Shown: positions 1 to 8,094 of the stretch, piece by piece
Layout: each line of letters opens with the position of its first letter
Numbering within the stretch: the stretch's first letter is position 1
From: Candidatus Iainarchaeum sp.
GTDB taxonomy: Archaea; Iainarchaeota; Iainarchaeia; Iainarchaeales; 0-14-0-20-34-12
DNA length: 32,000 nucleotides
Assembly: GCA_030649345.1 (NCBI GenBank)
Contig: JAUSKK010000020.1
Location: 1 to 32,000, forward strand
Direction: 5' to 3'
Translations under genes and position numbers: made by a program
Notes under the pieces: model-generated
What the model saw: the letters and a program-made list of their open reading frames with translations, nothing else
Databases searched by the model: none
Told to the model about the DNA's origin: nothing

Positions 1-2
1 TA

Positions 3-209
3 ACTACAGGATACCAACACGTGCCTGGAATAGCTGCACAACTTAGACAATTAGGCATAACACCCATAATCGTACATTCACATCCAAGAAAAAAAGAAGG
101 AACCAAAAGCAGAGCCTGGAAAGCTTACTTGAAACGAAAAACAGAAAACAAACAAAAAAGATTAGAACGAGAACATGCTAAAACTAGAACAAGAAGCAGA
201 GTAAAATGA
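3..209 (+). CDS. C-terminal part of a hypothetical basic protein (frame open to the window edge; alternatively a GTG start at 21)
   Basis: The frame is open from base 3 to the TGA at 207-209. The tail is Lys/Arg-rich (KRKTENKQKRLEREHAKTRTRSR). GIAAQLRQLGITP resembles an HTH recognition segment. No family recognised. Confidence 0.35.
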   Translation, partial: TTGYQHVPGIAAQLRQLGITPIIVHSHPRKKEGTKSRAWKAYLKRKTENKQKRLEREHAKTRTRSRVK

Positions 210-250
210 AATCAAGCAAAAAAAAAACAATTTTTAAAAAGGAATAAAAT

Positions 251-901
251 ATGCCGCACTGGTTTGGATTGGGAACTTCAAAACGATTGTACAGCGATCA
301 ACAAATTGCAGAATACAATCGCATATTTAACAGGCCTTTATTTTTAGTTGCAGATTCCATGCAAGCCATCAATGAAGCAATGCAAATACAGCATATACGA
401 AAAGCACAACCATACAAACAAACTGCACAAGAATTTGTTGAGTCATTGCATACAGTTCAAGAAAAATGGAGAAAACAAGAACAAGCAAGAGCCGAAAAAT
501 TAAAAGCCAAAGGATACCGAGTAATTACATTTACAGAATTAAGTCGAAAACCAGAATTTAAAAAATTGATGGCAGAATTGCACAAGGCACGAAGAGAACG
601 AGCAGGAGTACAACAAGCAATTCATACAGCAACACTTGAAACAATTCAAAGCCAAAGACTTCAACAAAAATTGGGTTCAAAATACGAATTCGGAATGGAT
701 GTAGCAGGATTGTATACTTTAAATGAAGTGGCTAGCACGTTATTCTTTGCACGAAAAGGATTTGTAAAAGCAGGACATGCTGAAGAAGCAAGATACGATC
801 GCGCAAGTCACACCATTATGCGAATTCGAGAACTTCGAAGAAAACTAAGAATAACAATGCCTAAATTAAAGTTTCATAGGCTTCCAGCAAGGCCAAAATA
901 A
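251..901 (+). CDS. hypothetical protein, basic and Gln-rich
   Basis: 216-aa ORF with an ATG start and an AGGA-like motif just upstream. Sense-like amino-acid composition. The C-terminal YTLNEVASTL...RIRELRRKLR is weakly HTH-like. No family recognised. Confidence 0.55.
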   Translation: MPHWFGLGTSKRLYSDQQIAEYNRIFNRPLFLVADSMQAINEAMQIQHIRKAQPYKQTAQEFVESLHTVQEKWRKQEQARAEKLKAKGYRVITFTELSRKPEFKKLMAELHKARRERAGVQQAIHTATLETIQSQRLQQKLGSKYEFGMDVAGLYTLNEVASTLFFARKGFVKAGHAEEARYDRASHTIMRIRELRRKLRITMPKLKFHRLPARPK

Positions 902-931
902 GAATAAAATACTTAAGATACTGATAAAGAT

Positions 932-1243
932 ATGAAGAAAATAAAAAAACAAAATTTAGAAAACGAATTAAGCAAACGCACAGAAAAATACAGAAAATTA
1001 ACTGAAAAAGCTTTGAAAGTAATTAAGATTGAACAAGGATTGAGTGAAAAAGAACAAAGAATTGCTGAAGATTTTTTAAGCATGGCTAAAAATTATTTAG
1101 AAGATGGCAAATATTACGAAAAAAAAGGCGAATTATTGATTGCAGTTTGCAGTTACAGTTATGCCCATGCTTGGCTGGATGCAGGAGTAAGGGCAAGGAT
1201 ATTTAAAGCGAAAGACAATATGTTATTTACTTTGCCAGAATAA
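932..1243 (+). CDS. DUF357-like archaeal protein
   Basis: About 100 aa with AEDFLSMAKNYLEDGKYY...AVCSYSYAHAWLDAGVRARIF. This matches my memory of the DUF357 pattern (YA.GWLDAG). Assignment is from memory only. Confidence 0.55.
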   Translation: MKKIKKQNLENELSKRTEKYRKLTEKALKVIKIEQGLSEKEQRIAEDFLSMAKNYLEDGKYYEKKGELLIAVCSYSYAHAWLDAGVRARIFKAKDNMLFTLPE

Positions 1244-1252
1244 GGTTTTGAT

Positions 1253-1711
1253 ATGGGTTTGTATAAAGAAGGAATGGATATTGATTTCTCCAAAATCAAA
1301 TGGATACTTTTAGCATTGGCCATTGTTTTGATTTTAGCTGGATTGTATTTTACGTTAACTGAATTGCTGAAACCCAATGCATTGCAAATCAGCTTAGAAC
1401 AAAATCCGTTACTGTTAAGCCAAAAAGATTTTACTAAACTAAAAGTTACAGTTTCCAATGTAACCCAAGAAACTGCACAAAATGTTTTAGTCACAGTTAA
1501 ACCCATAGCCACTGAAGCATTATTAATCGATGGACAAACAGAAAATACAAAAAGTTTTGGAATTATTGCCACAAACGAAAATAGAAAAGACGAATTTTTA
1601 ATTCGCGCCAATCCAGGAAAAACAGTACTGGCAGGAGATTATAAATTATTGGCAGAAACAACCATTAACGGACAATACTTTAAACAAGAAATTACTTTAA
1701 CAGTGCAATAA
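1253..1711 (+). CDS. membrane-anchored protein with a beta-sandwich-like (CARDB-like) ectodomain
   Basis: N-terminal TM segment (ILLALAIVLILAGLYF), then alternating beta-strand-like sequence (KLKVTVSNVTQETAQNVLVTVKP). Follows the DUF357 gene after a 9-nt gap. Confidence 0.55.
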   Translation: MGLYKEGMDIDFSKIKWILLALAIVLILAGLYFTLTELLKPNALQISLEQNPLLLSQKDFTKLKVTVSNVTQETAQNVLVTVKPIATEALLIDGQTENTKSFGIIATNENRKDEFLIRANPGKTVLAGDYKLLAETTINGQYFKQEITLTVQ

Positions 1712-1715
1712 AAAA

Positions 1716-1997
1716 TTAGCGCACAATTTCAAATGAATAAAATTTTTTTTTAACTGGCAGCCATTCAATTTTTACTTGAATTACATTTGCTTCCGGAGAA
1801 CCTTTATTTAAATATTCAATAAATTTTTTCAAATCAATTTCCAAGCCTTCAGCCACAGTTTCCACTTCACCCGACGCAAGATTCCGAATCCAGCCTTTCA
1901 AACCTAAACGCACAGCTTCTTTTTGGGCATGTGCTCGAAAATAAACTCCTTGAACTCGGCCCAAAACCAAAGCATGAATTTGTTTCAGTTCACTCAT
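1716..1997 (-). CDS. acyP: acylphosphatase
   Basis: 93 aa with the classic VLGRVQGVYFRAHAQKEA..LGLKGWIRNL.SGEVE motif set. Confidence 0.9.
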   Translation of the reverse strand: MSELKQIHALVLGRVQGVYFRAHAQKEAVRLGLKGWIRNLASGEVETVAEGLEIDLKKFIEYLNKGSPEANVIQVKIEWLPVKKKFYSFEIVR

Positions 1998-2031
1998 AAA
2001 CTATTTAAAGAAAAGAAAAAATAATAAAGTA

Positions 2032-2355
2032 ATGGTTAAAGAAAAAAATTGGTTATTTCAGGTTTCCTGCAAAAACAAACAAGAAGCACAAAAAATTGGA
2101 AAAATTTTATTAAACGAAAAACTCATTGCCTGTGCAAATATTATTCCAAAAATGGAAAGCATGTATTGGTGGAGTGAAAAAATTGAACAAAGTACGGAAA
2201 GTTTATTGGTTGGAAAAACAACGAAAAAGTTAAGCAAAAAAGTAGAAAAACGAATCCAAGAACTGCATTCCTATAACTCGCCATGCATTGAATTTATTGA
2301 AATTCAAACCAATGCAAAATGTGCTAATTGGATAAGCCAAGTTACTCAAAAGTAA
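2032..2355 (+). CDS. cutA: divalent-cation tolerance protein CutA
   Basis: 107 aa with LIACANIIP...SMYWW..KIE...E..L..KT and HSYNSPCIEFIEI, typical of the CutA1 family. Confidence 0.88.
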   Translation: MVKEKNWLFQVSCKNKQEAQKIGKILLNEKLIACANIIPKMESMYWWSEKIEQSTESLLVGKTTKKLSKKVEKRIQELHSYNSPCIEFIEIQTNAKCANWISQVTQK

Positions 2356-2367
2356 GTTACACGACAC

Positions 2368-2377
2368 TATTTTAATT
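2368..2377 (+). promoter_or_regulatory. TATA-like box for the downstream structured RNA
   Basis: TATTTTAATT is centred about 25 nt upstream of the first paired base (2399) of the GC-rich island. Confidence 0.35.
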
Positions 2378-2398
2378 CTTTTTACCCTAAAAATATAC

Positions 2399-2605
2399 GA
2401 GCAGGGGCGTGTCGAGTTCTTTCAAAAGAATTCAACCAACTCTCTTAGCAAGTGTTCCCCTGCTCACTTCTTACAATTAAGACAGCTGTGCTGGAATGAA
2501 ATGCAAGCACAATAAAACTGAGAGTTTTATGTGCATCAAAATCAACGGATTTTGATTGCACAGCGTGCCACCAGCCCTCACCAGGGATGCCCTGCTCACT
2601 CTTAT
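2399..2605 (+). ncRNA. GC-rich, highly structured RNA of unknown class
   Basis: ORF-free island, visibly more GC-rich than its flanks. Helices: GAGCAGGGG 2399-2407 with CCCCTGCTC 2457-2465. An 8-bp hairpin at 2414-2433 contains a G-T wobble that pairs only on the + strand. GCTGTGC 2485-2491 pairs with GCACAGC 2558-2564 and encloses a 12-bp hairpin (2507-2534) and a 9-bp hairpin (2535-2556). CCCT/AGGG at 2575-2586. A T-rich tail follows 2600. Confidence 0.5.
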
Positions 2606-2687
2606 TAATTAATAAAATTTTGCCAAATTATTGGACAAGACCAAGATATAAAAACAGGAAAGTTCTAATTACAGTAAGGGATCAAAA

Positions 2688-3077
2688 ATGGCTATTATGA
2701 AAAACAACAAAGGAAAATTGAAAAAAGAAAGCGAACAAGATAAGTTTTCAGAAAAAGGAAAAGACTGGGCTGGAAAAAGCAAAACAGACGAAGACGACGA
2801 AATTATCGACAAAGAAGACAAAGAATCAGATACGGATGTTTACAGCGAAAAAACAGACGAGCGATTATTGGACGAAGATGAAATGAACCCAGGAGATGCT
2901 GGATTCCTCGAAGGATATGCTGAACCTAAACTAATTCAATGCAGAAATAAATGCGATGAAAATGTAGACGTAGAAAATCCAGTGGTTCGAGACATTAAAG
3001 GAAAAGAACACTATTTTTGTTCCGAAGAATGTGCCAATGAATTTGCACGCAAAGGACACGGCAAAAAAAAAGACTAA
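2688..3077 (+). CDS. acidic protein with a C-terminal TRASH-like zinc ribbon
   Basis: The N-terminal ~90 aa are Asp/Glu/Lys-rich low complexity. The C-terminus is C-x3-C-x21-C-x3-C (CRNKC...HYFCSEECANEF), matching the TRASH/L24e-type FCS..C...F signature. Confidence 0.65.
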   Translation: MAIMKNNKGKLKKESEQDKFSEKGKDWAGKSKTDEDDEIIDKEDKESDTDVYSEKTDERLLDEDEMNPGDAGFLEGYAEPKLIQCRNKCDENVDVENPVVRDIKGKEHYFCSEECANEFARKGHGKKKD

Positions 3078-3086
3078 GGGATAAAA

Positions 3087-3434
3087 TTGAAAGAAAGCGC
3101 TTGCGCACTCATTGAAGAAAAAAAAGAAATTTTACTTGTTCTAGAAAACAATGGAACCTGGAGTTTTCCGGGCGGAAAAAAAGAAATCAATGAAACTCTA
3201 GAAGATACGGCAGTACGAGAAACCTTTGAAGAAACTGGGTTAAAAATTTCCATTGCACGAAAACTAGGATATTACAGTTACGACAATACTCAAAAGCATG
3301 TGTTTGTTGGAAAAATTTCAGGCGGAAATTTAAAACAAGGAAAATGGTTTCCTATTGAAGATGTTTTGAATGCTAAAATTCCTTTAAAACGAAAATACAT
3401 TCCTTTAGCTTTACGGGATTATCTGAGTCATTAA
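3087..3434 (+). CDS. NUDIX hydrolase
   Basis: Nudix box GGKKEINETLEDTAVRETFEETGL (G-x5-E-x7-REUxEExGU). TTG start. Confidence 0.85.
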   Translation: MKESACALIEEKKEILLVLENNGTWSFPGGKKEINETLEDTAVRETFEETGLKISIARKLGYYSYDNTQKHVFVGKISGGNLKQGKWFPIEDVLNAKIPLKRKYIPLALRDYLSH

Positions 3435-3474
3435 GGCAGATGGATTTTTATTTGTTCAGTTCCTCATTTATTCA

Positions 3475-4140
3475 ATGAATACTTACAAAGAATACATTGC
3501 TGAATTTATTGCAACTTTTGCTTTAATTTTTTTTGGAGCAGGCTCTGTAGTCATGGCTGGATTATTGAATCCAAGTTACGGTGTTTTAGGCGTTGCTTTA
3601 GCTCATGGATTAATTTTAATGGCCATGATTTATGCCACAGGACATATTAGCGGAGCACACATTAATCCAGCAGTAACTGTGGCTATGGCATTGGTTAAAA
3701 AAATCCAGCCATTGAAAGCTGTGAAATATATTATTGCTCAATTGGCTGGAGCTAGTACAGCTGGGTTTATTTTGTTAATCATTTTTCCAGTCATGCCTTC
3801 GAATTTAGGAACTACAGATTTAGCTTCCAATATTAGTTTCAGTACAGGAATTTTAATTGAAGCCATTTTGACTTTCTTTTTAGTATTTGTGATTTTCAAT
3901 ACTGCAGTTGAAAAACACGAAAATAATACTATGGCAGGATTTGCTATTGGAATGACTTTAGCTGTAAGTATTTTATTCGGCGGAGCTTTAACTGGAGCCA
4001 GCTTAAATCCAGCCAGATCTTTTGGACCGGCTTTGGCTTCAGGCCATTGGGCAAACCAAATAGTTTACTGGATCGGTCCAATAGTTGGAGCCTGCATTGC
4101 TGGATTGGTTTACGAATTTGTTTTAAAGAAAAAACAATAA
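3475..4140 (+). CDS. aqpM: aquaporin / MIP-family channel (AqpM-like)
   Basis: Two NPA motifs (HINPAVT and SLNPARS) and six hydrophobic segments in 221 aa. Confidence 0.92.
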   Translation: MNTYKEYIAEFIATFALIFFGAGSVVMAGLLNPSYGVLGVALAHGLILMAMIYATGHISGAHINPAVTVAMALVKKIQPLKAVKYIIAQLAGASTAGFILLIIFPVMPSNLGTTDLASNISFSTGILIEAILTFFLVFVIFNTAVEKHENNTMAGFAIGMTLAVSILFGGALTGASLNPARSFGPALASGHWANQIVYWIGPIVGACIAGLVYEFVLKKKQ

Positions 4141-5079
4141 TTAAATTGGGCCTTTTAAAGTTAAAGTCAAAATAATAAAAGCTACGTATAAGGCTAAAAA
4201 TATTTTTCCTTGTTTTCGTCCAATGCCTTCGTGTTTGAATAAATAATAAACCAAAAATGAATTTGCAATTACAATAAACGCCAAAGCCAAAGAATAAACT
4301 CCAAAATCAATTTGTGCAGGAGAAATAATTAATACAGAACCCAAGATCAAAGTCAAATTTGTGACAGTAGAACCCAAAATATCTCCAATGGCCAATGCAG
4401 TCTGGCCGCGGCGAATGGCAGTAAAATCTATTACCAGCTCAGGCAAAGTGGTTCCAAAAGAAACCAAAGTCAAGCCAATCACAGCTTCGCTGATGTTTAA
4501 ATAGCGTGCAAAAAAGATTGCATTGTCTACAACAAATTTAGAACTTACTATAACCAAAGCAAGGCCAGCCAATAATTCTAACAAAGCAAAACGCCATTCT
4601 TTTTTAGATAAATTATCCGGTATTTTTAAACTAAAATGTTCTTTCATTACAAAAAAACAATAAAACAAAAAAGCCACCAGCAAAACCAAACCTTCATTGC
4701 GGCCGACAAAACCACGGGACAAAATCAGCATAGGAACAATGGAAATCAACAGCAATAATTCAGCGCTATCCAAAGTATGTCTGCGGTCGACTGAAACATG
4801 TTTGACTAAAGTCACAATTCCTAAAACCAAACAAATATTTGCAATACTAGAACCCAAAGCATCTCCAATACCTAAATCAGGTTTTCCTTGCAAACTTGAA
4901 ATAACAGATACAACTAAATCCGGTAAAGAAACAGCCATGGAAACAATAATGAAACCAATCGCTAACTGAGAAATGCCCAAATGTTTAGAAACTTTAATGG
5001 AAGCATCAATTACCCATTGAGAAGATTTAACCAAGACAATAAATGCCAGCAAAAAAATGCCTAATTCTAACCAGACCAT
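4141..5079 (-). CDS. Na+/Ca2+ exchanger family (CaCA, YrbG-like) membrane protein
   Basis: Two alpha-repeats (GDALGSSIANI and GDILGSTVTNL) in a 10-TM-like, 312-aa protein. Its stop codon abuts the aquaporin stop with no intergenic base. Confidence 0.88.
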   Translation of the reverse strand: MVWLELGIFLLAFIVLVKSSQWVIDASIKVSKHLGISQLAIGFIIVSMAVSLPDLVVSVISSLQGKPDLGIGDALGSSIANICLVLGIVTLVKHVSVDRRHTLDSAELLLLISIVPMLILSRGFVGRNEGLVLLVAFLFYCFFVMKEHFSLKIPDNLSKKEWRFALLELLAGLALVIVSSKFVVDNAIFFARYLNISEAVIGLTLVSFGTTLPELVIDFTAIRRGQTALAIGDILGSTVTNLTLILGSVLIISPAQIDFGVYSLALAFIVIANSFLVYYLFKHEGIGRKQGKIFLALYVAFIILTLTLKGPI

Positions 5080-5104
5080 GCATTAGATTAAGATAAAAAG
5101 AGAT

Positions 5105-5228
5105 AAAAAAGGAAGGTTTAAGCAAGTTATTTAAACTTGAAAAAAACATATTAATTATGTTAAGAAAATTGGTTTTATTTTCATTTCTGATTTTTTTACT
5201 GGGATGTGCAACTCCAGAAACTAAAGAT
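5105..5228 (+). repeat. copy A of a duplicated promoter/5'UTR/signal-peptide cassette
   Basis: Near-identical to 6644-6768 (AAGGTTTAAGCAAGTTATTTAAACTT..GAAAAAAACATATT.ATTATGTTAA.AAAATT.GTTTT.TTTTCATTTCTGATT...CCAGAAACTAA). Confidence 0.85.
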
Positions 5229-6614
5229 GAAAATACGTTAAATCCAGTTAATGTTCAATCAGATTTGAATATAGAAAATTCATCTAATTCTACTCAGAGT
5301 AACACAAACATTATTCGGCTAACAGAAGAACAATTAGAACAAACAGCAGTAAGATATTGTGACACTGATCGCGGCAATAACTCATATGTAAAAGGAACTT
5401 ATGACATAACAAGAGAAAAAGCTGGAAGAACTGAAACACTGCAAGGAGAAGATACATGCATAGATTCAAATACTTTAAACGAAATCGGTTGTTCTTATCG
5501 TGGTGGTTTCACAGAAGGAATTGAAACGTGTAAAAATGGATGTATAAATGGTGCTTGCATAGAAGACCGAGATCCAGATAAATGCATAAAACTAAAAGAG
5601 GGAACATTTTCAGGCAAGAAACTAAATATTGTTTTTGTAGGATCCAGCTATAAAGATGAAAATGCATTTAAGAATGCAATCAATCACACACTAGGCATTG
5701 ATGGACAAAAAATAGGAATTTTTTCAATAGAACCATTCAAATCAAATTTGAATTATTTTGACATATATTATGTTAATGAAATTGCAGGACTCACGGAAAT
5801 AGATCCTACTGCCAGTATGTTCGTTGCACCGACTGAAATTAAGTTTGCTGAAAATTGCAGTAAAAAATTGTCTGACTTTTATATAATCGATCTAGCACCT
5901 GAATTGAGCGTTACACCCCATGCAACACAAAGCAATTCAAATTTAAGCCGGCCAACAGTGATTACAACAAGTCTAAAAATTGGAATTGAAGGAAATTCAA
6001 TATGCTCTAAAAAAGGCATTGTGCCTAATAGTCGTGAATGCGATGAATACATGAAAACATTTAACTTTGAAAATGACGAGGATGTAACCCTTATATTATT
6101 GCATGAATTTGGACACAGTTTTGGAAATTTTGGTGAAGAATATTTTTCTCAAGAAATGAGCCTTGGACCTTACAGCACAATAAATTTAAAGGACAATTGT
6201 TATACTGAAATACGTTCTCCTGCTGAAGGGAAAACTACTATAGAAGACTGTAAAGAAAAAGCCAGCTGGAAAGATTTAATTGGAAATGGATGCGGACAAG
6301 ATGGAATCATAGATTGCACAGAACAAGATGCAAACCAAATACTAGAAGTTGGCTGCTACGAAGGATGTGGGAAAGAAATTGAAGGAAGTTACCGAAGTGT
6401 ACTTAATAGTGTTATGAATCAGCATAGTGAAAGCAGACTAAAAGAATTAATGCCTCATGTATTCGGACAAGCTAACGAAAGACAACTTTGCTGCCAAATA
6501 CTCACTCAAATTGGAGAAGTTAATGGTTATTGCAATAAATTTAACACAAACGGATTAAACTTAATTGACTATTGCATGAACCACACCATTGGATTGACAT
6601 TAGAAAATCAATAA
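5157..6614 (+). CDS. secreted lipoprotein, M64-like zinc metallopeptidase with an N-terminal Cys-rich module
   Basis: Signal peptide plus lipobox (LLGC). KLNIVFVGSSYKD..FKNA...FSIEPF....NYFDIYYV and LLHEFGHSFGNFGEEYF resemble the peptidase M64 signature (HEFGHSF..L.DEY). Many Cys. Confidence 0.72.
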   Translation: MLRKLVLFSFLIFLLGCATPETKDENTLNPVNVQSDLNIENSSNSTQSNTNIIRLTEEQLEQTAVRYCDTDRGNNSYVKGTYDITREKAGRTETLQGEDTCIDSNTLNEIGCSYRGGFTEGIETCKNGCINGACIEDRDPDKCIKLKEGTFSGKKLNIVFVGSSYKDENAFKNAINHTLGIDGQKIGIFSIEPFKSNLNYFDIYYVNEIAGLTEIDPTASMFVAPTEIKFAENCSKKLSDFYIIDLAPELSVTPHATQSNSNLSRPTVITTSLKIGIEGNSICSKKGIVPNSRECDEYMKTFNFENDEDVTLILLHEFGHSFGNFGEEYFSQEMSLGPYSTINLKDNCYTEIRSPAEGKTTIEDCKEKASWKDLIGNGCGQDGIIDCTEQDANQILEVGCYEGCGKEIEGSYRSVLNSVMNQHSESRLKELMPHVFGQANERQLCCQILTQIGEVNGYCNKFNTNGLNLIDYCMNHTIGLTLENQ

Positions 6615-6643
6615 CATTTTTTCAATGAATTCACAGGTTAAAC

Positions 6644-6768
6644 AAAAAAGAAGGTTTAAGCAAGTTATTTAAACTTCGAAAAAAACATATTGATTATGTT
6701 AAAAAAATTAGTTTTGTTTTCATTTCTGATTCTTTTGTTAGGATGCACGATTCCAGAAACTAACGATA
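6644..6768 (+). repeat. copy B of the duplicated promoter/5'UTR/signal-peptide cassette
   Basis: See copy A. Covers about 50 nt upstream of the ATG at 6696 and the first ~24 codons. Confidence 0.85.
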
Positions 6769-8048
6769 ACAATGGTTTAAATTCAGCTGATGCTGAATCA
6801 GATTTGAATTTAATGAACTTAAATCCAGCAAATAATTCTGTTGATTTAAATACAGGTTCTACTATTCCAGATATTGCAAAAACCAATACAGAAGTTTTTC
6901 CAGATATTTCCAATGCAAATTTTGACGAAAATTGTATTCTAATTAAAGGAGAAGGAAATCCTTTGAATAAATTTAATTTTTTAGTTATAGGCGCAGAGTA
7001 TCCTGAACAATCGGAACGAATTGAATATGCTGAACCTACTAAATATGGCGGAGTTTACAAAATTTTTGGATCCTTTAAAGAAGATTTAAAGGCATTTCGA
7101 GAAAATGTTTACCAAATGCAAACCAATCCAATCCAAATTGAAAGTACTTCTTTTTTTTCTGAAACCAAAAACTTAATGAATTTTTATGCAATGAAAACTA
7201 ACCTGAATGTTTTCAACGAAGGCAATTGGTGCTGCAATGAACCGGTATTATTGCAAGAAATTAAAAACAATTGTTCCATTCCAGTTGATTTTGTAATGAT
7301 TATGCGTGCTGTGCCCAGTAAATTACATTCAACACTGCCACCCATTCATGCCAAAATAAATGGAAATCTTATGGCACTTTATAGCCCAGGAATTGACTTT
7401 CAAGAAAATGGACAACCAAGTTCATCGAATACATTCTCAATTTCAACAAACATTGACAGACATGAATTTGGCCATGCATTTATTGGAATGAATCACTTTT
7501 TAGATTCCAGCAGCCAAAGTTTTAGCCCGCCAACAAACCCAAATTATATTGCCACTTACCGCACAGATATTGATGTCAGTGGTTGTCCAAAATGGTGTTC
7601 GGGAGAATTGAATACGTCTGCAGTTTGTTATCCGGTTTATGAAGGATTTGCATCTTGCTTGAATGATTGGTCCGCCTTGGTTGACTGGTCATCCGATGAA
7701 AAACAAAATATGTCTGAAGACGTAGCCTTATCGTGCTGGGAAACATGGAATGAAAAATCCAATAGCGAACTGGGCTATGGTTTAGCTTCATGTGATCTTG
7801 GAACAAACTGCATGCAAGGAACTGGTTGTTTTTTTACACACGATAATGTTTACACTTGGCGTCAAAATCTAAGCGATGCTATGGGGGGCATAAACATAAA
7901 CGCTACCAATTCAACATTGTCTGCTCAAGAATTATTTGCAATGTATGGCAGTTACACGCTTGGTAAAATGAAAGAAAAAGTGAATACAATTATTCAATAC
8001 CATCAAACAACAGGAAACGGATATTTTTTCAGTCTTTTTTTAGATTAA
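6696..8048 (+). CDS. secreted lipoprotein, M64-like zinc metallopeptidase paralog
   Basis: MLKKLVLFSFLILLLGC parallels the upstream paralog, so ATG 6696 is preferred over the track's TTG 6690. KFNFLVIGAEYPEQ and HEFGHAFIGMNH (HExxH). The mature part has diverged strongly from the paralog. Confidence 0.68.
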   Translation: MLKKLVLFSFLILLLGCTIPETNDNNGLNSADAESDLNLMNLNPANNSVDLNTGSTIPDIAKTNTEVFPDISNANFDENCILIKGEGNPLNKFNFLVIGAEYPEQSERIEYAEPTKYGGVYKIFGSFKEDLKAFRENVYQMQTNPIQIESTSFFSETKNLMNFYAMKTNLNVFNEGNWCCNEPVLLQEIKNNCSIPVDFVMIMRAVPSKLHSTLPPIHAKINGNLMALYSPGIDFQENGQPSSSNTFSISTNIDRHEFGHAFIGMNHFLDSSSQSFSPPTNPNYIATYRTDIDVSGCPKWCSGELNTSAVCYPVYEGFASCLNDWSALVDWSSDEKQNMSEDVALSCWETWNEKSNSELGYGLASCDLGTNCMQGTGCFFTHDNVYTWRQNLSDAMGGININATNSTLSAQELFAMYGSYTLGKMKEKVNTIIQYHQTTGNGYFFSLFLD

Positions 8049-8094
8049 CCAAATCAGCGAAAGGAACTTCCGCATAACCCTTGCATTACAAGCG

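Noticed and set aside
1159-1611. 150-aa ORF on the - strand, the longest antisense ORF in the window.
   Set aside because: It spans the junction of two well-formed + strand genes (the DUF357-like gene and the TM/beta-sandwich protein). Its composition is Ser/Phe/Asn/Ile-rich low complexity with no motif. It is best explained as the shadow of purine-rich sense codons.
2399-2605. Assigning the structured RNA to RNase P RNA, SRP RNA, H/ACA or C/D sRNA, or a riboswitch of the downstream ORF.
   Set aside because: On neither strand did I find a P4-type GGAAAGUCC / ACAGAA pair, or an SRP helix-8 GNAR loop with a flanking AGCA. There are no RUGAUGA/CUGA boxes, and the 3' tails after the stems read ACT rather than ANA. 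The downstream ORF has its own TATA-like box (about 2643-2652) after the RNA's T-rich tail. The class is left open rather than guessed.
5105-6768. The repeated segments of the two peptidase genes as a diversity-generating retroelement template/variable repeat pair.
   Set aside because: There is no reverse transcriptase in the window. The repeats cover the promoter and signal peptide rather than a C-terminal ligand-binding domain. The few mismatches are not adenine-specific.
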